DNA from: an uncultured Gammaproteobacteria bacterium
Lineage (GTDB): Bacteria > Pseudomonadota > Gammaproteobacteria > HyVt-429
DNA: 64,000 bases
Reading direction: 5' to 3'
Assembly: GCA_947259975.1 (NCBI GenBank)
Contig: CAMYOD010000039.1
Span: 12,997-76,996, forward strand
Shown: piece by piece, positions 47,287-55,670 of the stretch
Position numbering within the stretch: the stretch's first letter is position 1
How the letters are laid out: the number at the start of each line of letters is the position of its first letter
Notes under the pieces: generated by a model
What the model saw: only the letters and a program-made list of their open reading frames with translations
What the model was told of the DNA's origin: nothing
The model's database searches: none
Position numbers and translations under genes: made by a program

Positions 47287-48162
47287 TCAGTCATTATTAA
47301 CCAGCTCAATCTTGAGTGCGGCATCCGCATCCAGATGCACGTCCCGCTGCGGAAACGCGATAACGATACCGGCCTGCGAAAATAACTCTGTGATACGGAA
47401 GCGAATGTCGCTGCGAATCCGGCGCAGTTCCCGTTCGCCGCCGACCTGGCACCAGAAATAGACGTCGAAGATCAGCGCATTATCGCCGAAATCCTCGAAG
47501 AATACCGACGGCGCCGGCGTCTTCTTGATACTGGCATGTTCATTGACCGCCTGTTCCATGAGTCGGGCGACTTCTTCTACCGGCGATCCGTATTGGACGC
47601 CGACGCGAACCGTGGTGCGGATGTCCCGATCCACCAGGGTCCAGTTGATCAGGGTACGCTCTAGCATCAGACTGTTGGGGACCACGATGTGCACCCCGTC
47701 AATCCGGCGGATGCGGGTGGAGCGGTTGCCGATCTCCTCGATGACACCCTGAAAACCCTCGGTCTCGACATAGTCGCCGGTACGTACCGGACGCTCCGAC
47801 ATGAGAATCCAGCCGCTGATGAAATTATTGATGATGCTTTGCGCACCGAAGCCGAGACCGATAGCGATGGCGCCCGAGAGGAACGCAAACGCGGTGATAG
47901 GGATGTGCAGTAACTTGAGTGTCGTGATGCCTACCAGAACGACCAGCACGTAGAATACGATTTTGCGTATCGTATTGGCGGCGTCCGGGCCCAGGCGCGC
48001 ACGCAGCATATAGCGCGCCATAAGACGCGCGAGAATCGCGCTGACCAACAGACCGACAACGAGAAACAGGAGTGCCAGGGCGATCTGACTGACGGACACA
48101 ATTCCGCCGCCGGCCAGTTTGACCAGCGGGTAATGCCAGATTGTGTTGAGCTTTTCGAGCAT
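47287..48162 (-). CDS. Mechanosensitive ion channel family protein (MscS-like), second copy
   Basis: …FAFLSGAIAIGLGFGAQSIINNFISGWILMSERPVRTGDYVETEGFQGVIEEIGNRSTRIRRIDGVHIVVPNSLM…. Confidence 0.85.
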   Translation of the reverse strand: MLEKLNTIWHYPLVKLAGGGIVSVSQIALALLFLVVGLLVSAILARLMARYMLRARLGPDAANTIRKIVFYVLVVLVGITTLKLLHIPITAFAFLSGAIAIGLGFGAQSIINNFISGWILMSERPVRTGDYVETEGFQGVIEEIGNRSTRIRRIDGVHIVVPNSLMLERTLINWTLVDRDIRTTVRVGVQYGSPVEEVARLMEQAVNEHASIKKTPAPSVFFEDFGDNALIFDVYFWCQVGGERELRRIRSDIRFRITELFSQAGIVIAFPQRDVHLDADAALKIELVNND

Positions 48163-48355
48163 CGTCCCGCTTATCTAGGGTGTGGTTAGCGCATATTACA
48201 GAATCAGTGGACCTCGCAACATGCCTCGCGCGGCTGCCGGCGGGTTTGATCTAGAGTGTTACGCGCGCGGTTTTTGATGAATCCTCGCCCGAAACCCGCT
48301 ATATTTTCGGGTCTATGCATTTCGATTCAGGCAGAAATAACAACGGGAGGTCAGC

Positions 48356-49066
48356 ATGAAACGGGTCATCTCGATTCTAGTTTCCTTGGCAGCACTTTTT
48401 GTCATCGCCGCTCCGGCAATGGCGGCCAAGCCGGTCATCGGCGTGGCGGAGTTTCGTAACACCTCCGGCGCGGGTTGGTGGTACGGCGGGGTCGGTTGGG
48501 ATCTGGCGTCCATGGTTTCGAATGAATTGGCTTCCACCGGTTCGTTTCGTGTCGTCGAACGTTCGAAGCTGGAGCCGGTGCTGCGGGAACAGGACCTGGC
48601 TGCGTCCGGTCGCGTGAGCAAGGGTACCGGTGCCAAGATCGGTAACCTTACCGGCGCCCAGTACCTGGTGATGGGTACGGTGACGGCCTATCAGGAGAAG
48701 GTCGGCGGTGGCGGCGGCGGTTTCAGTTACAAGGGTATCGCCATCGGCGGAAAGAAGGAGGAGGCCTACATGGCGGTGGATCTGCGCGTTGTCGACACGA
48801 CCACCGGTGAGCTGGCCCATGTGCGCAGCATCGAGGGCCGGGCGAAAAGCGGTGGCTTGAATCTGGGTCTGAATCGCAGCGGCTTCAGCGGCCGCCTCGG
48901 CCAGTACAAAAAGACTCCGGCGGGCAAGGCCATTCGCGCGGCGGTGGTGGAGATCACCGACTATCTGGATTGTGTCATGGTGGCCCAGGATTCGTGTATG
49001 GCGGATTTCGATGCCAAGGAGCGTAAGCGTCGCAGCGGTTTGAAAGACGCCATCGAGCTCGACTGA
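48356..49066 (+). CDS. CsgG/HfaB family periplasmic protein (no lipobox)
   Basis: Signal peptide …AAPAMAAKP, then …IGVAEFRNTSGAGWWYGGVGWDLASMVSNELASTGSFRVVERSKLEPVLREQDLAASGRV…GAQYLVMGTVT…, the CsgG-type fold pattern. Confidence 0.7.
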   Translation: MKRVISILVSLAALFVIAAPAMAAKPVIGVAEFRNTSGAGWWYGGVGWDLASMVSNELASTGSFRVVERSKLEPVLREQDLAASGRVSKGTGAKIGNLTGAQYLVMGTVTAYQEKVGGGGGGFSYKGIAIGGKKEEAYMAVDLRVVDTTTGELAHVRSIEGRAKSGGLNLGLNRSGFSGRLGQYKKTPAGKAIRAAVVEITDYLDCVMVAQDSCMADFDAKERKRRSGLKDAIELD

Positions 49067-49240
49067 TCGTGCCCTCGGCGGCGGCCGTGCGGTCGTCGCC
49101 CAAATCCGCATGCGTTTCCTCCGCACCGCCTGCTTGCGCCGGACGTGCACCGCCGTATTTTGAGTGCGCCGTGCGCCCCGGTTACAGTTAAGACCGCAAG
49201 CGAGCATTAACCACAGGCACCGAACCCGGACGATGCGCCT

Positions 49241-49732
49241 ATGAATGACCCCAGCCGCGACTTGATTCAGCTCGGCCTGCGCCGCGCCTGGCTGCTGTGG
49301 TCGGCCATGTTCGCCACCATCGTGGTGTTCGTGGTCATGGTGCAATTCTTCGCCAGTCAACTCGCCGTGGCCTCCGGCCCCGCCGGCCTCGGCGACCGGC
49401 TGACGTATGTGTTTTTCGGCATCGCCGCGCTGGCGTTTTTCGTCAGCATCATGATTCGCCGCCAGATGTTGCGGGGGTCGCCTTTGGCTGCCGGGCAGGC
49501 GGCGCCATCGACGCGGCCCGCTGCCGCCGCGGTCGGCCGATACCTGATGGCGGTGGTGGTGTCCAACGCGTTGGCGGAGAGCATCGCCGTGATCGCCATC
49601 GTGACCCTGATCCTGGGCTTCGACCGCGCCACGAGTTATACGCTGGTGTTCATCTCCGCCGCGGCGATGCTGATTCTGCGTCCGCGCCTCGCTGAGTTGG
49701 CGGCGTACGCGAATGCGTTACAGCGGCGCTAG
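49241..49732 (+). CDS. Hypothetical 4-TM membrane protein
   Basis: 163 aa; the hydrophobic ORF has no recognisable family. Confidence 0.5.
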   Translation: MNDPSRDLIQLGLRRAWLLWSAMFATIVVFVVMVQFFASQLAVASGPAGLGDRLTYVFFGIAALAFFVSIMIRRQMLRGSPLAAGQAAPSTRPAAAAVGRYLMAVVVSNALAESIAVIAIVTLILGFDRATSYTLVFISAAAMLILRPRLAELAAYANALQRR

Positions 49733-49745
49733 CTTGAGGTGATGG

Positions 49746-49880
49746 CTCGCGTTACCTGGGCGCCCGTAAAGCGTCGTCGGCCTTGCGCGACGCAGGGATA
49801 GCGAAAGCGGAAGGCCGCGATTCGAGCGCTACAGGGAGGTGGCGCGAGATTAAGCGGGGCGGGCGCCCAGGTAACGCGAG
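49746..49880. repeat. Structured palindromic intergenic element, family 1, copy C (inverted orientation)
   Basis: Its reverse complement aligns with copies A and B (…cgccccgcttaatctcgcgccacctccctgtagcgctcgaatcgcggccttccgc…gcgcaaggccgacgacgc…). It is flanked by its own perfect 21-bp inverted repeat ctcgcgttacctgggcgcccg / cgggcgcccaggtaacgcgag. Confidence 0.6.
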
Positions 49881-49968
49881 ACAAAACTTGACTACTTCCA
49901 TTATCCTGCTCGTATTGCCAAGCGGGCGCATCCGGGCCATAGTCGGTCCCCTACAAGTCGGTATCGCC

Positions 49969-50526
49969 ATGTCATTCAAGTACTTCGCCTACGGTTCCAA
50001 TATGCATCTAAATCGCCTGCGCCAGCGCGTCGGCGAGGTCCGGGTGCGCGGTCGCGCGGTGTTGGACGGTTACCGGCTCGCTTTTCACAAGAAGGCGAAG
50101 GACGGTTCCGCGAAGTGCGATGTGCTGCGCACCGGTGAGTCGGTCCACCTCGTCCACGGTGTGATCTATGAGCTGGACCCGGCGCAAAAGGAGGTGCTGG
50201 ATCACTACGAAGGCCTGGGCCGCGGCTATGAAGCGCACCGGCTGCCGCTGCGAACCGACGGTGGGACCACGCAGGCCCTGGCCTACGTGGCCCATGCGGA
50301 CCATATCGACAGCGGCCTGGTGCCCTACAGCTGGTACAAGGCCTTCGTCAGCCACGGCGCCCGCGGTCACGGCCTGCCACGGGAATATATCGCCATGATC
50401 GAGGCGGTGCCCGCCACCGCCGACCCGGACCCGGCACGCCATGCCGCCAACCACCGTGTCCTGGTGGACCCGCAACCCCCGGCCCTGCCGAGCCCCCTGT
50501 CATCCGATTTCCTGCCGCGCCGTTAA
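49969..50526 (+). CDS. Gamma-glutamylcyclotransferase (AIG2/GGCT-like) family protein
   Basis: Start MSFKYFAYGSNMHLNRLRQRVGEVRVRG…, showing the YGSNM motif of the GGCT fold. An internal ATG was chosen; the upstream part of the long ORF covers repeat copy C. Confidence 0.8.
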   Translation: MSFKYFAYGSNMHLNRLRQRVGEVRVRGRAVLDGYRLAFHKKAKDGSAKCDVLRTGESVHLVHGVIYELDPAQKEVLDHYEGLGRGYEAHRLPLRTDGGTTQALAYVAHADHIDSGLVPYSWYKAFVSHGARGHGLPREYIAMIEAVPATADPDPARHAANHRVLVDPQPPALPSPLSSDFLPRR

Positions 50527-50573
50527 CTGGGCTATCACTAACCCAATACGGTAAAACCGATCAGGAGACGACA

Positions 50574-51020
50574 ATGAAAGCCAGGACTCTTGCGGTCGTG
50601 GTGGCTGGCCTCGTGGGGCTGGGCACGGCGACACTACTCATCGCCCATGAAGGGCCGCGCCATGAACCCCGCGCGCAAATGCTGCAGAAATTCGACCAGG
50701 ACAACGACGGCAAGTTAAGCCAAGAGGAGTTCCAGGCGGCGCGTGATATGCGGATGCAACACCGCTTTCAGCGGCTCGACGCCGACGGCGACGGCAGCGT
50801 CACCCTGGACGAATTCAAACAGCATCGTGCAGACAAGATGGCGAAGCGCTTCGAGCGCATGGATCGGGACGATGACGGTTACCTGAGCAAGGAAGACATG
50901 CGTCACGGCCCCAAGCATTACGGCAAACATCATGGTATGCATCACGGCAAGGAGGGCTGCAAGCATGCCGGCTATGGCGCGCGTGCCGAGGCCGGCAGTG
51001 ACAGCGACGGCGACAGCTAG
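50574..51020 (+). CDS. Periplasmic EF-hand calcium-binding protein with His-rich C-terminus
   Basis: Signal peptide, three EF-hand loops (DQDNDGKLSQEE, DADGDGSVTLDE, DRDDDGYLSKED) and …HYGKHHGMHHGKEGCKH…. Confidence 0.75.
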   Translation: MKARTLAVVVAGLVGLGTATLLIAHEGPRHEPRAQMLQKFDQDNDGKLSQEEFQAARDMRMQHRFQRLDADGDGSVTLDEFKQHRADKMAKRFERMDRDDDGYLSKEDMRHGPKHYGKHHGMHHGKEGCKHAGYGARAEAGSDSDGDS

Positions 51021-51041
51021 GAGGCCGTAAGCAATAACCGA

Positions 51042-51069
51042 CGCCCCGGCAATGCCGGGGCGTTTTTTT
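51042..51069 (+). terminator. Rho-independent terminator between convergent genes
   Basis: CGCCCCGGC-aat-GCCGGGGCG followed by TTTTTTT. Confidence 0.65.
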
Positions 51070-51072
51070 GGC

Positions 51073-52185
51073 TTATTGTGCCAGCGCGTCCGCGTACGCG
51101 GATTCTGAGATCGCGTTCCAGGCGTCGTTGTTGGCACGGAAGGTCTGGTAGGCCTGGTATACCTCGTTGAACTGTTCGTTCTTCGCCGCTTCCTCGTCCA
51201 GGGTTTCGCGCGCCAGGCGTTTCATCTCCTGCAAAACGTCCGGCGGAAAGCGCAGCACTTCCACGTTGTATTGATTCTTCAGGGTCTCCAGCGCCTTGAG
51301 GTTTTGCGATTCGAACTCGGCAAACATCCACAGGCTGGTGCCCCGCGCCGCGGTCTTGACCATCAACTGCAGGTCCGCCGGCAGCGAGGCCCAGGCCTCG
51401 GCGTTGATAATGAGTTCCAGTGCGGTGCCCGGTTCGTGCCAGCCCGGGTAGTAGTAGTACTTGGCGGCGCGGTACAGGCCGAGTCGCTCGTCGTGATAGG
51501 GGCCGACCCACTCGGTGGCATCGATGGTGCCGCGCTCCAGCGCGGTGTAGATCTCGCCGCCGGCGAGCAGTACCGGGGTGCCGCCGGCCTTGGCCAGTAC
51601 CTTGCCGCCGAGGCCGGGAATGCGCATCTTGAGGCCTTGCAGATCGCTGACCGACTCGATCTTCTTGTTGAACCAGCCACCCATTTGCACGCCGGTGTTA
51701 CCCATGGGCAACGGCACCAGACCGTAAGGTTCATACAGCTCCGCCCATAACTCGTTGCCGCCGCCGCCGTAGAACCACGCGTTCATGCCCTGCGCGTTCA
51801 TGCCGAAGGGCACGGCGGTGAAAAACTGCGCCGCGGGAATCTTGCCGGCCCAGTAATAGGCGGCGCCATGGCCCATCTGCACCGTGCCCTGGGAGACCGC
51901 ATCGAAGGACTGCAGCGCGGGCACCAGTTCGCCGCCGGCGAACACCTGAATGTCGAGACGGCCGCCGGACATCTCGCGCAGCTCATTGGCGAAGCGCTCG
52001 ACGCCTTCCTGGAAGATGGGGAAGTTGGGCGGCCAGGTGGTCACCATCTTCCACTTGAAGGTTTGCGCGATCGGGGTCGGCGCGGTGGCGGCGGGTGCGG
52101 CGGGGCCCGCGGACTCGCCGCCACAGGCGGTGAGCAGAATCACGCACAGACTCAGGATCAATGACCGGTGGTAGACAGGCTGCAT
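51073..52185 (-). CDS. TRAP transporter substrate-binding protein (DctP family), lipoprotein, orphan
   Basis: Lipobox LLTAC, …FKWKMVTTWPPNFPIFQEGVERFANELREMSGGRLDIQVFAGGELVP…. Start taken at MQPVYH (AAGAGG 9 nt upstream); an alternative ATG lies at 52192-52194. No dctQ or dctM follows. Confidence 0.85.
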   Translation of the reverse strand: MQPVYHRSLILSLCVILLTACGGESAGPAAPAATAPTPIAQTFKWKMVTTWPPNFPIFQEGVERFANELREMSGGRLDIQVFAGGELVPALQSFDAVSQGTVQMGHGAAYYWAGKIPAAQFFTAVPFGMNAQGMNAWFYGGGGNELWAELYEPYGLVPLPMGNTGVQMGGWFNKKIESVSDLQGLKMRIPGLGGKVLAKAGGTPVLLAGGEIYTALERGTIDATEWVGPYHDERLGLYRAAKYYYYPGWHEPGTALELIINAEAWASLPADLQLMVKTAARGTSLWMFAEFESQNLKALETLKNQYNVEVLRFPPDVLQEMKRLARETLDEEAAKNEQFNEVYQAYQTFRANNDAWNAISESAYADALAQ

Positions 52186-52277
52186 GGTGTTCATCCTCTT
52201 GGGTGTGGCAGGCCCACCGGGGTACCGGCGCGACGTGACCGTAACGACTGTTTTTATGCGTCGCGATTGTAGCGGTT

Positions 52278-53233
52278 TTAGTTGTCGGGTGCCGCGTCGA
52301 GCATAGAATCGACGACGCCGGTCCACGCCTGTGCCAGGTTGACCCGGTTATAACCGCCGCCGCCCAGCGCCAGCAGCCGGCCGCCGCAGCAATCCTCCGC
52401 CAGGGCGCACAGACGGGCGGCGGCGTGGGCATGGACCGCGGGGCTGAATTGCATATGCGTGATCGGGTCGCCCTGGACGCTGTCGGCGCCGGCCTGCAGC
52501 AGCACGAACTCCGGCGCGCCGTCGCGCACGAAGCGCTCCACCTGCGGCCACACCGCATGGAAGGCGGCATCGTCGCTGCCCGGTGCCATGGGCAGATTGA
52601 GCTTGCTGCCCGCCGCCGCGCCGGTGCCGGTTTCCTCGGCGCCGCCGGTGCCGGGGTAGAGATAGTTGCCGTCCTCGTGAATGTCGGCAAAGACGAGATC
52701 GGCATCGTCGGCGAAGGCATAGAACACACCGTCGCCATGATGCGCATCGATGTCCACATAGGCGACGCGACGCACGCCGAACTCGGCGCGCAGGGCCTCG
52801 ATCGCCACACCGATGTCATTGAACACACAAAAGCCGGCGGCGCCGTCGCGACGGGCATGATGCAAGCCGGCGATGGGCACGAAGGCATAGCGGCACTCCC
52901 GCGCTAGCAAGGCGCGCACCGCATCCAGGACGCTGCCGACCACGAAAGCGGCGGCCTCGTATACGCCCTTGAACGCGGGCGTGTCACCCCAATCGAGAAA
53001 GCCGGTGCCGCTTTCGCTTTGGGTCTTGACCCGGTCGATGTACTCGCGGGCATGAAAACGGGCAATGGCCGCGTCGTCGGCGGCCACCGGTGCGGCGATG
53101 TCGACCCGCTGCTCGAGCCCTTGGCGCACCATTTCATCCCAGAACGCCTCCAGTCGATCCGGGCCGAAGGGGTGACCCTCGCCGAAGCCGTAGCGGGCCA
53201 GCGCGGCGCCGTAGGTGACCCGCACGTTCACCG
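52278..53233 (-). CDS. Histone deacetylase / AcuC / AphA family protein
   Basis: …VRVTYGAALARYGFGEGHPFGPDRLEAFWDEMVRQGL…VAYVDIDAHHGDGV…, the HDAC zinc-site motifs. Start tentatively at GTG (VNVRVTYG); the longer ORF extends to 53381. Confidence 0.8.
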
Positions 53234-53235
53234 GC

Positions 53236-53619
53236 TTACTCGCGTACGCACATCCAGGCCTGCACCGGCGTGTTGCCGTCCGGACTGAGATACCATTGCG
53301 AGCCCGGCGTAAACACGACCGCTTCTTTTTGTGGTTTGTTTTTCCAAAGCGCGGGGATCTCGGAGCCGGCCTCGCATGCACGAGTCGAATACAGCTGGCA
53401 GTGCTTGAAGTTCACCACCGCGATGCGATGCACCTTGCGCTTCACAGGAAAGGCATGACAACCGGGCTTGTCCGTGCCCAGCGCCATGCGGATGTTCATT
53501 TGCTGGCCGTTCTTGCGAATCTTGTAGAAACGGATCTCCGCCTGGGCCAGTGCGGTCATGCCCAGAAAGCATGCTGCCAGCAAGGCGACCTGGATACGGC
53601 GTTTGGTTGATTGACGCAT
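53236..53619 (-). CDS. Hypothetical small secreted cysteine-containing protein
   Basis: 127 aa with a signal peptide …LAACFLGMTALAQA and 4 Cys; no recognisable family. Confidence 0.45.
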   Translation of the reverse strand: MRQSTKRRIQVALLAACFLGMTALAQAEIRFYKIRKNGQQMNIRMALGTDKPGCHAFPVKRKVHRIAVVNFKHCQLYSTRACEAGSEIPALWKNKPQKEAVVFTPGSQWYLSPDGNTPVQAWMCVRE

Positions 53620-53685
53620 GTCTTTGTCCGCGAGAAAAAAATGGCCACAAACGTGGCCAGGCGTGCAACGATTATAGTTATTGTT

Positions 53686-54432
53686 CTAGCCGTAGATGTC
53701 TCGGTAACTGCAATACAGGATACAGAAGCCCACGGGTATCACCACGATCAACCCAAGCATAAACGGTATCATCGCGATGATGAAGGGCAACAGACAGATC
53801 AGGCCCATTACCAGCAGTGGCAGCCAGTTTCGCAAACAGGCGCGAATACTGCTCTGCATGGCCGCGCTGGGCCGGGTGTCCGTGAGCATGACGCGGGGTG
53901 CGGCATAGAACACCAGCATCAACACCACCGCGAATATGGTCAGCACGATCAGCATCGCAAAGAACCCGGCGATGCCCACGTGCAGGGGATTAACCGCGAG
54001 GCCCGACTCCTCGACGAACATACCGGCCAACACGCCGCCGCCGAGCAGCAGCAGGACGACCACGAAGATGAGAATATTGGCGGCGACCATCACGAGACCG
54101 AGGATGAACAGGGGGCCGGTGCGTTCCTTGTCGCGGAAGCCCTGAAACATGTCGCCCGGATCGATGGTCTCGCCGCGGGTCAGTTTATCCGCCGCAAAGA
54201 TGAATCCGCCCGCGAGCACCGGGGCGATGATGGTGAAGGCGATGGGACCGATCATAGGCACCAGGGCCAGGACGATGTTGATGACGAAGTAGATCAGCCC
54301 CATGATGAGCCAGGGACCGGGACTCTTGGTGAACAAACGCCAGCCGCAAACCACCCAGTCCCAGCCGGCGCCGGCGGGGACGACGCGTACCGGCGCTTGC
54401 GTCTCGTCCGGGGCCTGGTCAGGCGTGGTCAC
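53686..54432 (-). CDS. Hypothetical multi-TM membrane protein
   Basis: 248 aa with about 6 TM segments and a cytoplasmic N-terminus MTTPDQAPDETQAPVRVVPAGAGWDW…. Confidence 0.55.
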   Translation of the reverse strand: MTTPDQAPDETQAPVRVVPAGAGWDWVVCGWRLFTKSPGPWLIMGLIYFVINIVLALVPMIGPIAFTIIAPVLAGGFIFAADKLTRGETIDPGDMFQGFRDKERTGPLFILGLVMVAANILIFVVVLLLLGGGVLAGMFVEESGLAVNPLHVGIAGFFAMLIVLTIFAVVLMLVFYAAPRVMLTDTRPSAAMQSSIRACLRNWLPLLVMGLICLLPFIIAMIPFMLGLIVVIPVGFCILYCSYRDIYG

Positions 54433-54489
54433 CGATAATGTTCGCTCGGCCTGAATGTATTAGAAGGTATGGGCGCGCCGCCGCATTCG

Positions 54490-54834
54490 TCACCACTCGG
54501 TGATGACCCACTTGGGCACTTCGAGCTTGCTCGCCAGATCGCTCTCGCGGGTCTCGAACAGGCCGTCGCCGTCGCGATCGATAATATAGTAGGGCGGCAA
54601 GTTCTTCGGCGTCACCTTGATCATGTACAGCCGGCCGCGGATGCGGTACTCCTCGATTTTCTGGTCACCCTCGGTGATGATGGTGACAGTGGGCTCGATT
54701 TCGTCCGGCTCCACCGGTTCCTCACCCTTGATTACCGTGGGCGGCGGCGGAATATCTTCCTTCGGCGTGCCGGCCTCCTGCGCCGGGGCGGACAGTGCAA
54801 ACAACAGCAACAAGACAAATAGAGTCAGACGCAT
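54490..54834 (-). CDS. DUF2782-like secreted protein
   Basis: 114 aa with a signal peptide, a Pro/Glu-rich linker, and …QKIEEYRIRGRLYMIKVTPKNLPPYYIIDRDGDGLFE…. Confidence 0.6.
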   Translation of the reverse strand: MRLTLFVLLLLFALSAPAQEAGTPKEDIPPPPTVIKGEEPVEPDEIEPTVTIITEGDQKIEEYRIRGRLYMIKVTPKNLPPYYIIDRDGDGLFETRESDLASKLEVPKWVITEW

Positions 54835-54870
54835 AACCGGATCCTGTGAATGAGAGTTCGCCGCGAGGCG

Positions 54871-55599
54871 TTACAGCATGACCTGCTTTTCCTCTTCCTC
54901 TTCGGTGGGCTCGAAGCCGCGGTGTTCATAGTAACGGAAAATCGCCTCCACCACCTCCTGCGGTTCGTTGCACACGGTCACCAGATCCAGGTCGGCGGGC
55001 GAGATCGTGCCCTGCGAGACCAGGGTGTCGCGGAACCAGCCCAGCAGCCCCTGCCAGAACGGGCCATGCACGAGAACGATGGGGATGCGCCGGCTCTTGC
55101 CGGTCTGCACCAGGGTGAGGATTTCCGCCAGTTCGTCGAGGGTGCCGAAACCACCGGGCAAGACCACATAGGCGCTCGCGTATTTGACGAACATGACCTT
55201 GCGGGCGAAGAAATGTTGAAACCGCAGGCTGATATCCTGATATTCGTTGGCGACCTGCTCGTGGGGCAGCACGATGTTGGCGCCGACGCTGGGCGATTTG
55301 CCGGCACAGGCGCCACGGTTGGCGGCCTCCATGATGCCGGGACCGCCGCCGCTGACCACCGCGAAGCCGGCATCGGACAGGCGGCGCGCGATGTCCTCGG
55401 CGAGTTCGTAGTAGGGATGGTCGGGCGCGGTGCGCGCGGAGCCGAAGACGCTGACCGAGGGGCTGATGGCGGCGAGGTTTTCGAAGCCCTCGACAAACTC
55501 GGCCATGATCTGGAAGATCTTCCATGACTCCCGCGACATCAGGTTCGAAGGCGTGGTAAAGCTGTAAGGTGCCCGCGGCAGGGGTCGCTTATCGCTCAT
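54871..55599 (-). CDS. LOG family protein (cytokinin riboside 5'-monophosphate phosphoribohydrolase-like, TIGR00730)
   Basis: …VSVFGSARTAPDHPYYELAEDIARRLSDAGFAVVSGGGPGIMEAANRGA… and the PGGFGTLDEL motif. Confidence 0.88.
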   Translation of the reverse strand: MSDKRPLPRAPYSFTTPSNLMSRESWKIFQIMAEFVEGFENLAAISPSVSVFGSARTAPDHPYYELAEDIARRLSDAGFAVVSGGGPGIMEAANRGACAGKSPSVGANIVLPHEQVANEYQDISLRFQHFFARKVMFVKYASAYVVLPGGFGTLDELAEILTLVQTGKSRRIPIVLVHGPFWQGLLGWFRDTLVSQGTISPADLDLVTVCNEPQEVVEAIFRYYEHRGFEPTEEEEEKQVML

Positions 55600-55670
55600 G
55601 CGCCATTTTTAGCACACTTCTTATGGAAACAAAATTCGCTACAATGACGCGCTCATAACAACGCAAGCCC